From positions 224,001 through 288,000 of the forward strand of contig OZ243913.1 in assembly GCA_965213705.1 (NCBI GenBank): 64,000 bases of DNA, read 5' to 3'. The position numbers were made by a program, and so were the translations under genes. This stretch comes from Trueperaceae bacterium. GTDB lineage: Bacteria > Deinococcota > Deinococci > Deinococcales > Trueperaceae. The notes below the pieces were generated by a model that did no database searches, was not told the DNA's origin, and saw only the letters and a program-made list of their open reading frames with translations. Below, one piece after another: positions 47,367-60,142 of this stretch; the stretch's first letter is position 1, and every line of letters begins with the position of its first letter.

Positions 47367-48944
47367 ATGAAGCAGAGGATTCTGGTAACCGACACGATTC
47401 AACTCGGCGACGCGTCCTACGACGACGTGACCGTGGACTACCGCGAAGGCGTAAGTCGCGACGAGGTGCTGAACCTGGTCAAAGACTACGACGCCCTCAT
47501 CACCCGCAGCCGTACTCAAGTAGACGCGGCCCTCGTGGCAGCCGCGACCAACCTCAAGGTCATCGGGCGGGGCGGCGTCGGGGTGGACAACATCGACCTG
47601 GAGGCGGCGAGCCGCCGCGGGATTTTGGTCCTCAACGCGCCTGAAGCCAACAACGTCTCGGCGGCCGAACTCGCCGTGGCGCTGCTGCTGAACGCGGCGC
47701 GGGGCGTCGCGCGCAGCGACAAGCTCGTCCGCCGCGGCGAGTGGGACCGCAAGTTTTTGGGGCGCGAGGTCAAGGGGGCGCGGCTGGGAATCGTGGGCCT
47801 GGGGCGCATCGGCTCGCTGGTGGCGCGGCGGGCGCAGGGTTTGGGCATGACCGTGGTGGCCTACGACCCTTACTTGTCCAAGGCTCGAGCCGCCGACCTC
47901 AAAGTCGAACTGTTCGATGACCTGCGCGCGATGCTGCGAACCGTCCAGTTTGTGACCGTCCACACGCCCCTCACCGACGAGACCTTCGGCATGATAGGCA
48001 CTGAAGAACTCGCCGCCCTGCCCGACGGGGCCGTGGTAGTGAACGCGGCGCGGGGCGGCATCGTTCAAGAAGAGGCGCTTTATGAGGCGCTGAAAAGCGG
48101 CAAGCTGTTCGCGGCCGGACTGGACGTGTTCGTGCTCGAGCCGCCGAGTTTGGACCACCCGCTCCTGACCCTCGACAACGTCGTCTTGACCGCGCACTTA
48201 GGCGCCAACACCGCCGAAGCGCAGGCGCGGGTCGGGGGTGAGATTTTGGAGCGCGTCGTGCTCGCGCTGCGCGGCGACTACTCGCGCGGCGCGGTCAACG
48301 CGCCCGCCCTGGCCCCCGAAGTCATGGCGGCGCTGGGAGCGTACCTCAAACTCGGCGAAGCCCTGGGCAAAATGGTCGCGCAACTCGCCAAGGGCCGGGT
48401 GCGCGAGGTGCAGGTCGAGTTCGGCGGCACCTTTCCCGCCGACCCCGACCCGGTGGCGGTGGCGGTGACAAAGGGCTTTTTGGAGCCTATTTTAGACGAG
48501 CCGCCCAACTACATCAACGCGCCCGCCATCGCCAAAGAACGCGACATCCGCGTGTCCAAGGTCGTCGCGCCGCGCGGCCGGGGCTACACCAACCACCTGT
48601 TAGTGAGCGCCGTGAGCGACACTGGCAAGGTCAGCGTCGGCGGCACGGTGTTGGGCGACTCGCCGCGCATTGTCAGCGTGGACGAGTTCCCCATCGAAAT
48701 CCGGCCCGAGGGCACGATGCTGATTTGCACCAACTACGACCGCCCCGGCGCGGTCGGCAAGGTCGGCACGGTGTTGGGCGACGCCGGGGTGAACATCTCC
48801 GGGATGCAGCTCTCGCGTTTGGGCGCGGACAACTTAGCGATGTTCGTCCTCACCCTCGACGAAGCGCCGCCCGAGAACGCCCTGGGCGTGCTCGCCAACC
48901 TGAGCGACGTCATCCACAGCCTGAGGGTGGTGCGGCTGTCATGA
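47367..48944 (+). CDS. serA: D-3-phosphoglycerate dehydrogenase
   Basis: GRGGVGVDNID, GLGRIG, VNAARGGIV, HLGANTAEAQ, C-terminal ACT domain (DRPGAVG). Confidence 0.95.
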   Translation: MKQRILVTDTIQLGDASYDDVTVDYREGVSRDEVLNLVKDYDALITRSRTQVDAALVAAATNLKVIGRGGVGVDNIDLEAASRRGILVLNAPEANNVSAAELAVALLLNAARGVARSDKLVRRGEWDRKFLGREVKGARLGIVGLGRIGSLVARRAQGLGMTVVAYDPYLSKARAADLKVELFDDLRAMLRTVQFVTVHTPLTDETFGMIGTEELAALPDGAVVVNAARGGIVQEEALYEALKSGKLFAAGLDVFVLEPPSLDHPLLTLDNVVLTAHLGANTAEAQARVGGEILERVVLALRGDYSRGAVNAPALAPEVMAALGAYLKLGEALGKMVAQLAKGRVREVQVEFGGTFPADPDPVAVAVTKGFLEPILDEPPNYINAPAIAKERDIRVSKVVAPRGRGYTNHLLVSAVSDTGKVSVGGTVLGDSPRIVSVDEFPIEIRPEGTMLICTNYDRPGAVGKVGTVLGDAGVNISGMQLSRLGADNLAMFVLTLDEAPPENALGVLANLSDVIHSLRVVRLS

Positions 48945-50119
48945 ACGAGGGTGCCGTGAGTAAGAGTGTCGTGAGCGAGACGTTCAAACCCCGGCTCTAC
49001 GCGCCCGGCCCGGTCGAGGTGCCGCCACAGGTTTTAGAGGCCGTCTCGCGCCCGGTGCTGCACCACCGCACCGAGGCGTTCAGGCGGTTGTTTTTGAAAG
49101 CTCGAGCCCAGCTTGCCGAGCTGGCTTGCGTCCCCGGCGACGACGTGCTGATTCTCGCGGGCAGCGGCACCGCCGCGTTCGAAGCAGGTTTACTGGCTTG
49201 TGTTCCGGCGGGTGCCAAGGTTTTGGGCGTCAACGCGGGCAAGTTCGGCGAGCGCTGGTTGAAGCTCGCGCAGCGTTACGGCTTGGAAACCGTCGAACTC
49301 AAACTGCCCTGGGGCCAAGTTGCCGACCCCGAAGACGTGCGCGCGCTGCTCAGCGAGCACACAGACGTCGCCGCCGTCATGACCACCCACTCCGAAACCT
49401 CGACCGGCGCGCTTCACGACGTGCAGGCCATTTCTAAAGTCGTTCATGAAACGGCCCCCGACGCCCTCGTCCTGGTCGACTGCGTCACGAGCCTCAGCGC
49501 GGCCGAGTTGCGACCCCGTGACTGGGGTCTGGACGGGGTGTTCTCGGGTTCGCAAAAAGGACTGATGCTGCCGCCCGGCCTCGCTTTCGCCTGGTTATCG
49601 GAACGCGCTTGGGGGCGTAGCGAAAACTTGCTGCCGAGCTTTTACCTCGACCTGCGCAAAGAGCGCAAAGCCCAGCAGGGGGGCCAAACCGCCTACACGC
49701 CCGCCGTGAACCTCGTGTTCGGCCTTGACGTCGCGCTGGACATGCTGCTCGCCGAGGGCGTCGAAAACGTGTGGGCGCGGCGGGAACGGCTGAACAACGC
49801 CGTGCTCGCGGGGGCTAATGCCCTCGGTTGCCGCCCTTACGCCGCGCGCCCGAGCCCCGCAGTGGCGGCGCTGGTCGCCCCGGACGGGACAAGCGCCCCC
49901 GCCATCGTCAAGGGTTTCGCTGCTCGAGGCGTTCGCGTCGCCGGCGGCCAGGACGACGCCAAACCGGTCATGTTCCGCCCTTCGCTCCTCGGTTACGCCG
50001 ATCGCTACGACGCGGTCACGCTCACTGCCGCGCTGGAAGACGTGCTGCGGGATTTGGGCCGAGACGTGCCTTACGGTCTCGGCGTGGCTGCGGCGCTCAG
50101 GGTCCTGAACGGGGTTTGA
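48941..50119 (+). CDS. Class V PLP aminotransferase
   Basis: PGPVEV, GSGTAAFE, HSETSTG, DCVTS, SGSQKGLMLPPG. ATGA overlap with serA. Confidence 0.9.
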   Translation: MNEGAVSKSVVSETFKPRLYAPGPVEVPPQVLEAVSRPVLHHRTEAFRRLFLKARAQLAELACVPGDDVLILAGSGTAAFEAGLLACVPAGAKVLGVNAGKFGERWLKLAQRYGLETVELKLPWGQVADPEDVRALLSEHTDVAAVMTTHSETSTGALHDVQAISKVVHETAPDALVLVDCVTSLSAAELRPRDWGLDGVFSGSQKGLMLPPGLAFAWLSERAWGRSENLLPSFYLDLRKERKAQQGGQTAYTPAVNLVFGLDVALDMLLAEGVENVWARRERLNNAVLAGANALGCRPYAARPSPAVAALVAPDGTSAPAIVKGFAARGVRVAGGQDDAKPVMFRPSLLGYADRYDAVTLTAALEDVLRDLGRDVPYGLGVAAALRVLNGV

Positions 50120-50234
50120 CAACGCTTCCGGTTTCAAAGTTAGTTACCACAACAAAGGCATATGCTTTGAGTTCGCCAGGCAGCCGTTACACTCGACTTG
50201 ACACCGAAGTGTATCTGGGTTGGGGGAAAACACT

Positions 50235-50430
50235 TTACAAAGGGTGGTCCCCAGTAGCATACCGGCCTCGCTCAACCACATAGCAGCTAACCTCGGTACC
50301 GTCGGGTTCGCACTCCCGCTTCTCGAACTTCATGCTTAGCTTGTCAGCTACCTTCATAGAGGGTGCATTTTCCTGGTGGATAATTGCGTAGATTTTAGCC
50401 AGCGTGGATTTCTTAAAACCGATGACAAAA
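50235..50430 (-). pseudogene. C-terminal remnant of a RimJ/RimL-type GNAT acetyltransferase
   Basis: GFKKSTLAKIYAIIHQENAPSMKVADKLSMKFE; no recognisable N-terminal half. Confidence 0.55.
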
Positions 50431-50780
50431 ACCAGGGTGTGGACACGTTTTTTGAAGGGCTCGAGAGAATCCGGTTTCACCGCCAACAGATAGCACAAAA
50501 CACCCACCCGGTACGTGATAAACCGCATTCACAGCGTCGGCCAATCCAGAAGGCGGCCGGCGAAAGCTCGTCACGAATCCCCCGTTTTCGGCTTGCTACA
50601 GGGCGGGGCTGTTGGCGTGTTGTGGGCTCGGGGCCTTACGCCACAACCTAAGACTCGAGCCCGCGCCCTGCCGGACATACGTCACACGTCCGGCCCGCCC
50701 AAAAGCTTTTATACTCGGGGTGTGAAACTTCAGCTCGAGCCCCTCCGGTCTGGCACAACGGTTCTGCAGGGCCGTACAGC

Positions 50781-52370
50781 ATGACCGACCAGGCTATGAC
50801 CGACCAAACCATGACCGACCTTGTCAATTCGGAACGTGACGCGCGCGCAACGCGGCCGAGGACCGCACTTTTTTGGCTGCGCGCGTTTACCTGCTTGCTG
50901 TTCGGCTCGCTGTTGAGCGCCGCTTTTCCCCCTGTCGGCGTGTGGGCGACCGTGTTCGGCCTGGCGGTGCTGTTCGCACTGGTGGCGCGGAGCGGCAGCT
51001 TTAGGGAGGCTTTTTCGCTCGGGTTCTGGTTCGGGGTGGGCTTTTTCGCCACTCACCTGTTCTGGTTGCCCAACAGCCTCTCCACCCCCGACTTGTTCGG
51101 ACCCGTCGCCTGGATAATGTACCCGCCCATCGTGCTCATCGAGGGGGTTTTTTGGGGCGTCGTCACGGGGGCCAGCCGCCTCGTCGGGCGGCGCGGCGCA
51201 GGCACGCTCCTGTTGCTTCCGGCTTTGTGGCTGCTCATGGAGTGGGCCAGGACGCAAGGCCCATTCGCTTTTCCGTGGGGCAGTTTGGGCTATGTTTGGC
51301 TGGGCACGCCGCTGGCCCAATTTGCAGACGTTTCGGGCAGTTACGGGCTCAGTTTGACGACCCTGGTGGTGATGGCGCTTTTGGCCGTTCCTTTTTCAAA
51401 AAGGGGCAGCACGGTTTTTACGTTCCTCGCCTCCGTTTTGGCGGCGGCGCTCGTCGTGGTGGCTGTGCTGAGTTACGGGCTCGAGCGTTTGGCCGACACC
51501 CCGCCCGCGCCGGACAAGCGAGCGCTGCTGGTGCAGGGCAACACCAACCCGCTGTCGGGTGCTCAAGGAGAGGTCTCCGGCCTGGACGTCTACGCGCCCC
51601 TCACGTCGAGCGCGCTGCAGAACTTAGAGACCCGACCCGACCTCGTCGTCTGGCCCGAGGGTGCGGTGCTCGGCGCGAACGTCGAGGGCATGAGCGGTGA
51701 GGAAACCCGATTGCGGATTCGGGACAGCGCCGCCGACGCCGCGGTGATTGCCGGGGCGGGCGTTGGTCCCTACAACAGCGTGTACGGTTTCGACAACGGG
51801 GTAGTAACCGGCCGCTACGACAAGGTCTACTTGGTTCCCTTTGGCGAAGGCATTCCGTTCAACGAAGCTCTGTTGCCCGTTTACAGGGTCGTTTACGGCT
51901 GGTTCAATCTCGCGCCCGTCGGGCGCTTGCCCGGCGACACCTTCGACCCCGTTGTTACGAACGTCGTGACGGCGGCAGCGTACATCTGCTACGAGTCCGT
52001 GTTTCCGCAGGTCGCGCGGCGCATGGTCGCGCAGGGCGCGGACGTGTTGGTCAACATCTCCAACGACGCCTGGTTCGGGCGCGGCCACGGGGCCGAACAG
52101 CACTTTGCGATGGGCACGATGCGCGCCATCGAAACCCGGCGCTACCTGCTCCGCGTCGGCAACGACGGCGTGACCGCGGTGGTGGACCCGCAAGGGCGCA
52201 CCCTGCAGCGCTTGGAGCGCTTTGTACCCGCCGCCCTCTTGGCCGACTACGCGACGAGCGACGTGGTGACCTTGTACGTGCGTTACGGCGACTGGCTCGT
52301 CATTGTGGTCGCCCTGTACGCGCTCGTGTTCACAGCCGTGCAACTCGCGCGGCGCAGACGCGCAGCCTAA
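50781..52370 (+). CDS. lnt: Apolipoprotein N-acyltransferase
   Basis: FPWGSLGY, VQGN, VWPE, YDKVYLVPFGE, ICYES, NDAWFG, MRAIETRR. Confidence 0.95.
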   Translation: MTDQAMTDQTMTDLVNSERDARATRPRTALFWLRAFTCLLFGSLLSAAFPPVGVWATVFGLAVLFALVARSGSFREAFSLGFWFGVGFFATHLFWLPNSLSTPDLFGPVAWIMYPPIVLIEGVFWGVVTGASRLVGRRGAGTLLLLPALWLLMEWARTQGPFAFPWGSLGYVWLGTPLAQFADVSGSYGLSLTTLVVMALLAVPFSKRGSTVFTFLASVLAAALVVVAVLSYGLERLADTPPAPDKRALLVQGNTNPLSGAQGEVSGLDVYAPLTSSALQNLETRPDLVVWPEGAVLGANVEGMSGEETRLRIRDSAADAAVIAGAGVGPYNSVYGFDNGVVTGRYDKVYLVPFGEGIPFNEALLPVYRVVYGWFNLAPVGRLPGDTFDPVVTNVVTAAAYICYESVFPQVARRMVAQGADVLVNISNDAWFGRGHGAEQHFAMGTMRAIETRRYLLRVGNDGVTAVVDPQGRTLQRLERFVPAALLADYATSDVVTLYVRYGDWLVIVVALYALVFTAVQLARRRRAA

Positions 52371-52392
52371 ACATACAGCCTAGACGTACCGT

Positions 52393-53420
52393 CTATCCCG
52401 AGACTTCTCGCTCATAATCCGGTTCGGGATACGCTTCGTCCCACAGCTCGAGAAAGTGTCGGCTCGCGAAGTCGGTAAAGCCCTTACCCATAGCGGGTGT
52501 CGGCGTAAATTCTCCGAAAACGCTGCCTTTGTCGGTCGCGTAAAAGTCCACGCGGACGTAAATTCCGTAGGCTTTGCTCAAGCGCTTGGCGTCCGCGACG
52601 ATGTCGGGCAGGCAGCGCGGCGGTTCAGAGAGGTCGTCGGGGGGTCCTGCGCGGTGGGTACGTTGATAGGCTCGCTGAGCGGCTCCCAGGTTTCCGTGTA
52701 GCTGCGCTTTTTGGTGGTGTGACGGCTGAGCCGTCGCATGGCCCCGACACTGCCGACCTTACCGCCGAACATTTGCAGCTTGTAGTCGGTCGGTAGCCGG
52801 TACCGGCCGTCCTCGCTTCTGACAAACTCCTCGACCAGGATACTAATTCCGGGGTCTTGGGCGATGATTTTGGCTAGTTGCTTTTTCAGTTCCTGTTCGC
52901 GGTAAACGCGCCCGTTCATCAAGTTTACCCCCTCCGCCATCACAAAAACGTCCTTGCTCGAGTGGCCGAGGGTCGGGCGCAGCACGTAATGGGGCGGCAG
53001 CGAGGCGAAGTCGAGGGTGCTTAGGTCCCGGCCGTGCCAATAGAGGTCCGGCACCCGACAGCCAAACTTGCTCGCGAACTCGCGCGCGTTCTACTTGTTG
53101 CTGAGCTTGCGCTGCCACAGTGGGCAGCAGTGCCAGGCGGAAAGCGGGTGGTCTCGGGTCAACAGCTCGTTGCGACACGTCTCGGCGTCGTGCATGTCGG
53201 GATGACGGTCTTGCCAGAAGACGCGGTGCCTTTCTTGAACGCGCTTTCCGAAAGGTGTCAGTTCGACCGGCGCTTCAGGTTTTTTCGGCAGGAGTCGCTT
53301 GACGGCTTTCAACACGTCTTTCAGACTACCGCCGCGGCCAAAAGGCCCGCAAGGCGCAAAGTCACGCCCAGTCACGCCGGTTCCGGTTGCGTCGGGTTTC
53401 AGCGCTCCTGGCGGACCCAC
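52393..53420 (-). pseudogene. TupA-like ATP-grasp gene broken by an in-frame stop and a frameshift
   Basis: KLSNK*NAREF (TAG at 53091-53093), LPPHYVLRP, ILVEEF, PTDYK. A frame change near the G6 run at 52639-52644 leads into YVRVDFY...FGEFTPTP. Confidence 0.78.
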
Positions 53421-53595
53421 CGGGCGCTCGGGTTATGCTTAGGCCGTCGGCTGAACGCCGGCGGACGTCACAGCGACCCGTCTTCATACAGATGGGCGCT
53501 TCCCAACCGAGTAAAAGTCACGATGGCGGCGCTCGAACGAACGAGAAGATTGTCTTGACACCCTTCTCAAACACAACACTTTCGAAGGGCACGCC

Positions 53596-54332
53596 ATGAA
53601 GCTATCCATCGAACTCGTTCCGCGAAACCTTGCCAAGCTCGAGCAAGAACTGCAAGCCGTCAACGACCATTTTCCCCACATCGACACCGTCAACATCCCC
53701 GATTTACTGAAGTTCGAGACCCGCAGTTGGCACGCCTGCGCCTGCGCCAAGCGCTTTATGGCGCGCGCCATTCCCCACCTGCGCGCCATCGACATCGATT
53801 TAGCCAAACCCCTCGCCATCGCGCTGTTTTTGCGAGCGAACGGTCTGAGTGAGGTTTTGGTCGTCGCGGGCGACGCCCCGGCGGACATGTCGCGCACGGT
53901 TTACGACACGAGCAGCGTACAGGTCATCCGCAAACTGCGCCGTGAATTGCCCGAAGTCACGGTCTACGCCGCGCTCGACCCGTACCGGCAAAGTTTCGCC
54001 GCCGAGCTAGCCTACGCCGAACAAAAGCTCGAGGCCGGTGCTGCAGGCTTTTTCACCCAACCTTTTTTCGACCTGCGGCTGCTGGAAATGTACGCCGAGT
54101 TTTTCCGCGGCGTGCCCGTGTACTGGGGCGTCACCACGGTGACGAGCGAGAGTTCGCTGAGCTACTGGCGCAACCGCAACAAGGCGGTGTTTCCCGAGAG
54201 TTTCGAACCCAACCTGGGCTGGTGCCGAGGCTTTGCCAAAGACGCACTCTGCTTCGCCGAGAAACGCGATTTGAGCTTGTACTTCATGCCGATTCGTGCT
54301 TCGGCGGTAAGCTTTTTGAAGGGCGTTTTAGT

Positions 54333-54336
<4 letters not shown>
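53596..54336 (+). CDS. metF: Methylenetetrahydrofolate reductase (short form)
   Basis: [41 protein letters not shown]. Overlaps the metH start. Confidence 0.8.
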
Positions 54337-58046
<3,710 letters not shown>

Positions 58047-58062
58047 ACCTCTATACTGAGGT

Positions 58063-58701
58063 ATGGCTGGCCCTACACTAAACCGAACGACGGGAGACAG
58101 CTCGAGGCTCAAATCTGTCTCGACGGCAGAAGCCTTGCTGTCTTCGCTCCAAGCCGAGGCCAAACCCTTCCGCACCACAGTGGACGCCTATTACAAAATG
58201 GCCGAGACAGGTTTACTGGACACTGAAAAACGGTACGAACTGATTCACGGCGTCGTTTTGGAGATGCACCCCATCAGCCCTCAACACGGCCACAGGGTGA
58301 AGCGCTTGGGCGACCAGTTGAACGCTTGCCTCGAGGGCAAGGCCGAAGTCTTCACCCAGCACCCTATCCACATCGGCAACGACAGCGAGCCCGAGCCCGA
58401 TGTTTTAGTTCTGAAACCACCCCTCGATCAGTACGCGAAACGTCTCCCCCGCCCCGAGGACATCCTGCTCATCATCGAAGTCGCCAACACGACCTTGCAA
58501 ACCGACCGCACGCTTAAACTCCGGCTTTACGCGGGCGCGGGCATCCCCGAATACTGGCTGCTGAACTTGCAAAAAAACCAGCTCGAGCTGTACCGCCGCC
58601 CCGACCCGGACGAGGCGCGCTATTTGGAGCTGCACACCCTGAGCGAAGGCGAGGCGGCGACGTTTGGGGATGCGGCGTGCGGGCTCGAGTGGTGGAGGTA
58701 A
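58063..58701 (+). CDS. Uma2-family endonuclease-fold protein
   Basis: YELIHG, EPEPDV, IIEVA, DRTLKLRLYAGAGIPEYW. Confidence 0.88.
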   Translation: MAGPTLNRTTGDSSRLKSVSTAEALLSSLQAEAKPFRTTVDAYYKMAETGLLDTEKRYELIHGVVLEMHPISPQHGHRVKRLGDQLNACLEGKAEVFTQHPIHIGNDSEPEPDVLVLKPPLDQYAKRLPRPEDILLIIEVANTTLQTDRTLKLRLYAGAGIPEYWLLNLQKNQLELYRRPDPDEARYLELHTLSEGEAATFGDAACGLEWWR

Positions 58702-58702
58702 T

Positions 58703-60142
58703 CTAAAGTTCTACTGTCGCTTCACCTAAAATCATCGCCTCGACCTCACGCTTAGCCTGCTCTAAACCCTCGCTGGCTTCTTGTTGTAACTGTTTGGCTT
58801 TTTGTCGAACCAAAGCGATATGGTTAGCAATCTCGTCCTGTTTTCCAAGTGGAGGTAAAGGTATTTTGATTTGACCAATATCTCTGGGATAAATGTGCGA
58901 TGTTTGACCTCTCTTTTCTCGATTCAAGAGGTTCTTGTATAACTCTGTGCTGAGTAGTGAAAAAACAAAGAGGGTATTGCATACAGAACTGCTTGGTCTC
59001 ACACAAATAAGCTCACCGACATAAGAGGTAGGTATCTCAGGAGCTTCATCTAGGTATTTTATGAATCGTCCAACATAACTTGACTGGTGGGCGGCAGACA
59101 ATATAAATGTATCCCCCTTTTTGACAGTCAGAGCCTGATTTTCCAGTGTGTAGCTGACTTTTGACAAGTCAATTTCTTGACCAGAATAGGTGCTAACTTT
59201 GACGATGGGGAAATCAGTTTTCTCTTCGGAGTATGACAAGCTGGATGGCGTTTTACCGCTAAGCAAAGCGGCGCAAACATCTTTTAACTTTTTCAAGGGA
59301 TGTTTGCTTTTTGAAATTGCCGTGTTCATATATTCGTATGACTGGCGGAAGTATTCAGGGTCAAACCGCGCTTCAGAAACCTTACTAAGCTGCTGGTAAA
59401 AAATTCTGTTTTGCAGGGTGTTGGCTTGCTCTTCCGGTTTGTCAATGCCCAACTCAGCCAGCAAGTAATTATCTACGCTGTCCAAAAGCTGCTGTGCTTG
59501 TGCTTCTTTTCGCTTCTTGACGGTGTAAGCAGCGTCCATTTTTCTGACAAGTCGGTTTTGGATTTCCAAAGCGGGCATCGGAATCATCAAACGGTCAAAT
59601 TGTTCAGTATTGACGCTTTGAACAGTTGCACCGTGTTTGGTTACCAGGGGCAAAAGTTGTTCTTGAAAAATGTCGAGATAGTGTGCGGCAAAAGCCGGAA
59701 CCATTCTTTTATCAAACATCAAAGCTTTCAAATCTTGGTTTATAGCTGTTGGTGTGGTCGTCACGGTTACAGGCAAAGAGTGTTTTAGAATTCCGCTGCG
59801 CACTACGACCAACACCGAATTTGCAGGGACCAAGGTTGTTGCAGAGTCGAGTACAGCTTGTTCGGTTATTTTGTCCTCTGTGTCATAAAGATAGATGCCG
59901 TTCATATCTTTGGGAGACGCCCAAGGAATTGACCCTGACCAATATTCAGTATTGGCTTTGCTTGGTGTGCCCCCGCTTGACGAAACGCAAAGTTTGCTCA
60001 GCGCCTTGGCAGGAAAAGCAAAGTCGAGGTTTGAGCGAATGCTTGCAAGGTTAAAAACTGGGTCGAGTCTTCCCTGTAGTTCACTCCGGTAAACCAAAAA
60101 AATCTTGTTTCTGTCAATTTCCGGCGAAAGCTCAAAACTCAT
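58703..60142 (-). CDS. Restriction-modification specificity (S) subunit
   Basis: Two TRD repeats (SGGTP...IPMPALEIQ; SGKTP...IPLPPLGKQ). ATGA overlap with the RM gene. Confidence 0.88.
   Translation of the reverse strand: MSFELSPEIDRNKIFLVYRSELQGRLDPVFNLASIRSNLDFAFPAKALSKLCVSSSGGTPSKANTEYWSGSIPWASPKDMNGIYLYDTEDKITEQAVLDSATTLVPANSVLVVVRSGILKHSLPVTVTTTPTAINQDLKALMFDKRMVPAFAAHYLDIFQEQLLPLVTKHGATVQSVNTEQFDRLMIPMPALEIQNRLVRKMDAAYTVKKRKEAQAQQLLDSVDNYLLAELGIDKPEEQANTLQNRIFYQQLSKVSEARFDPEYFRQSYEYMNTAISKSKHPLKKLKDVCAALLSGKTPSSLSYSEEKTDFPIVKVSTYSGQEIDLSKVSYTLENQALTVKKGDTFILSAAHQSSYVGRFIKYLDEAPEIPTSYVGELICVRPSSSVCNTLFVFSLLSTELYKNLLNREKRGQTSHIYPRDIGQIKIPLPPLGKQDEIANHIALVRQKAKQLQQEASEGLEQAKREVEAMILGEATVEL

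Noticed and set aside
50460..50465. CTCGAG near the start of the GNAT remnant as another deletion junction
   Set aside because: The homology boundary cannot be placed by eye, so the coincidence cannot be claimed.
53091..53093. In-frame TAG as pyrrolysine or programmed readthrough
   Set aside because: The same gene also has a frameshift, TAG is a normal stop elsewhere in the window, and no pyl genes are seen.
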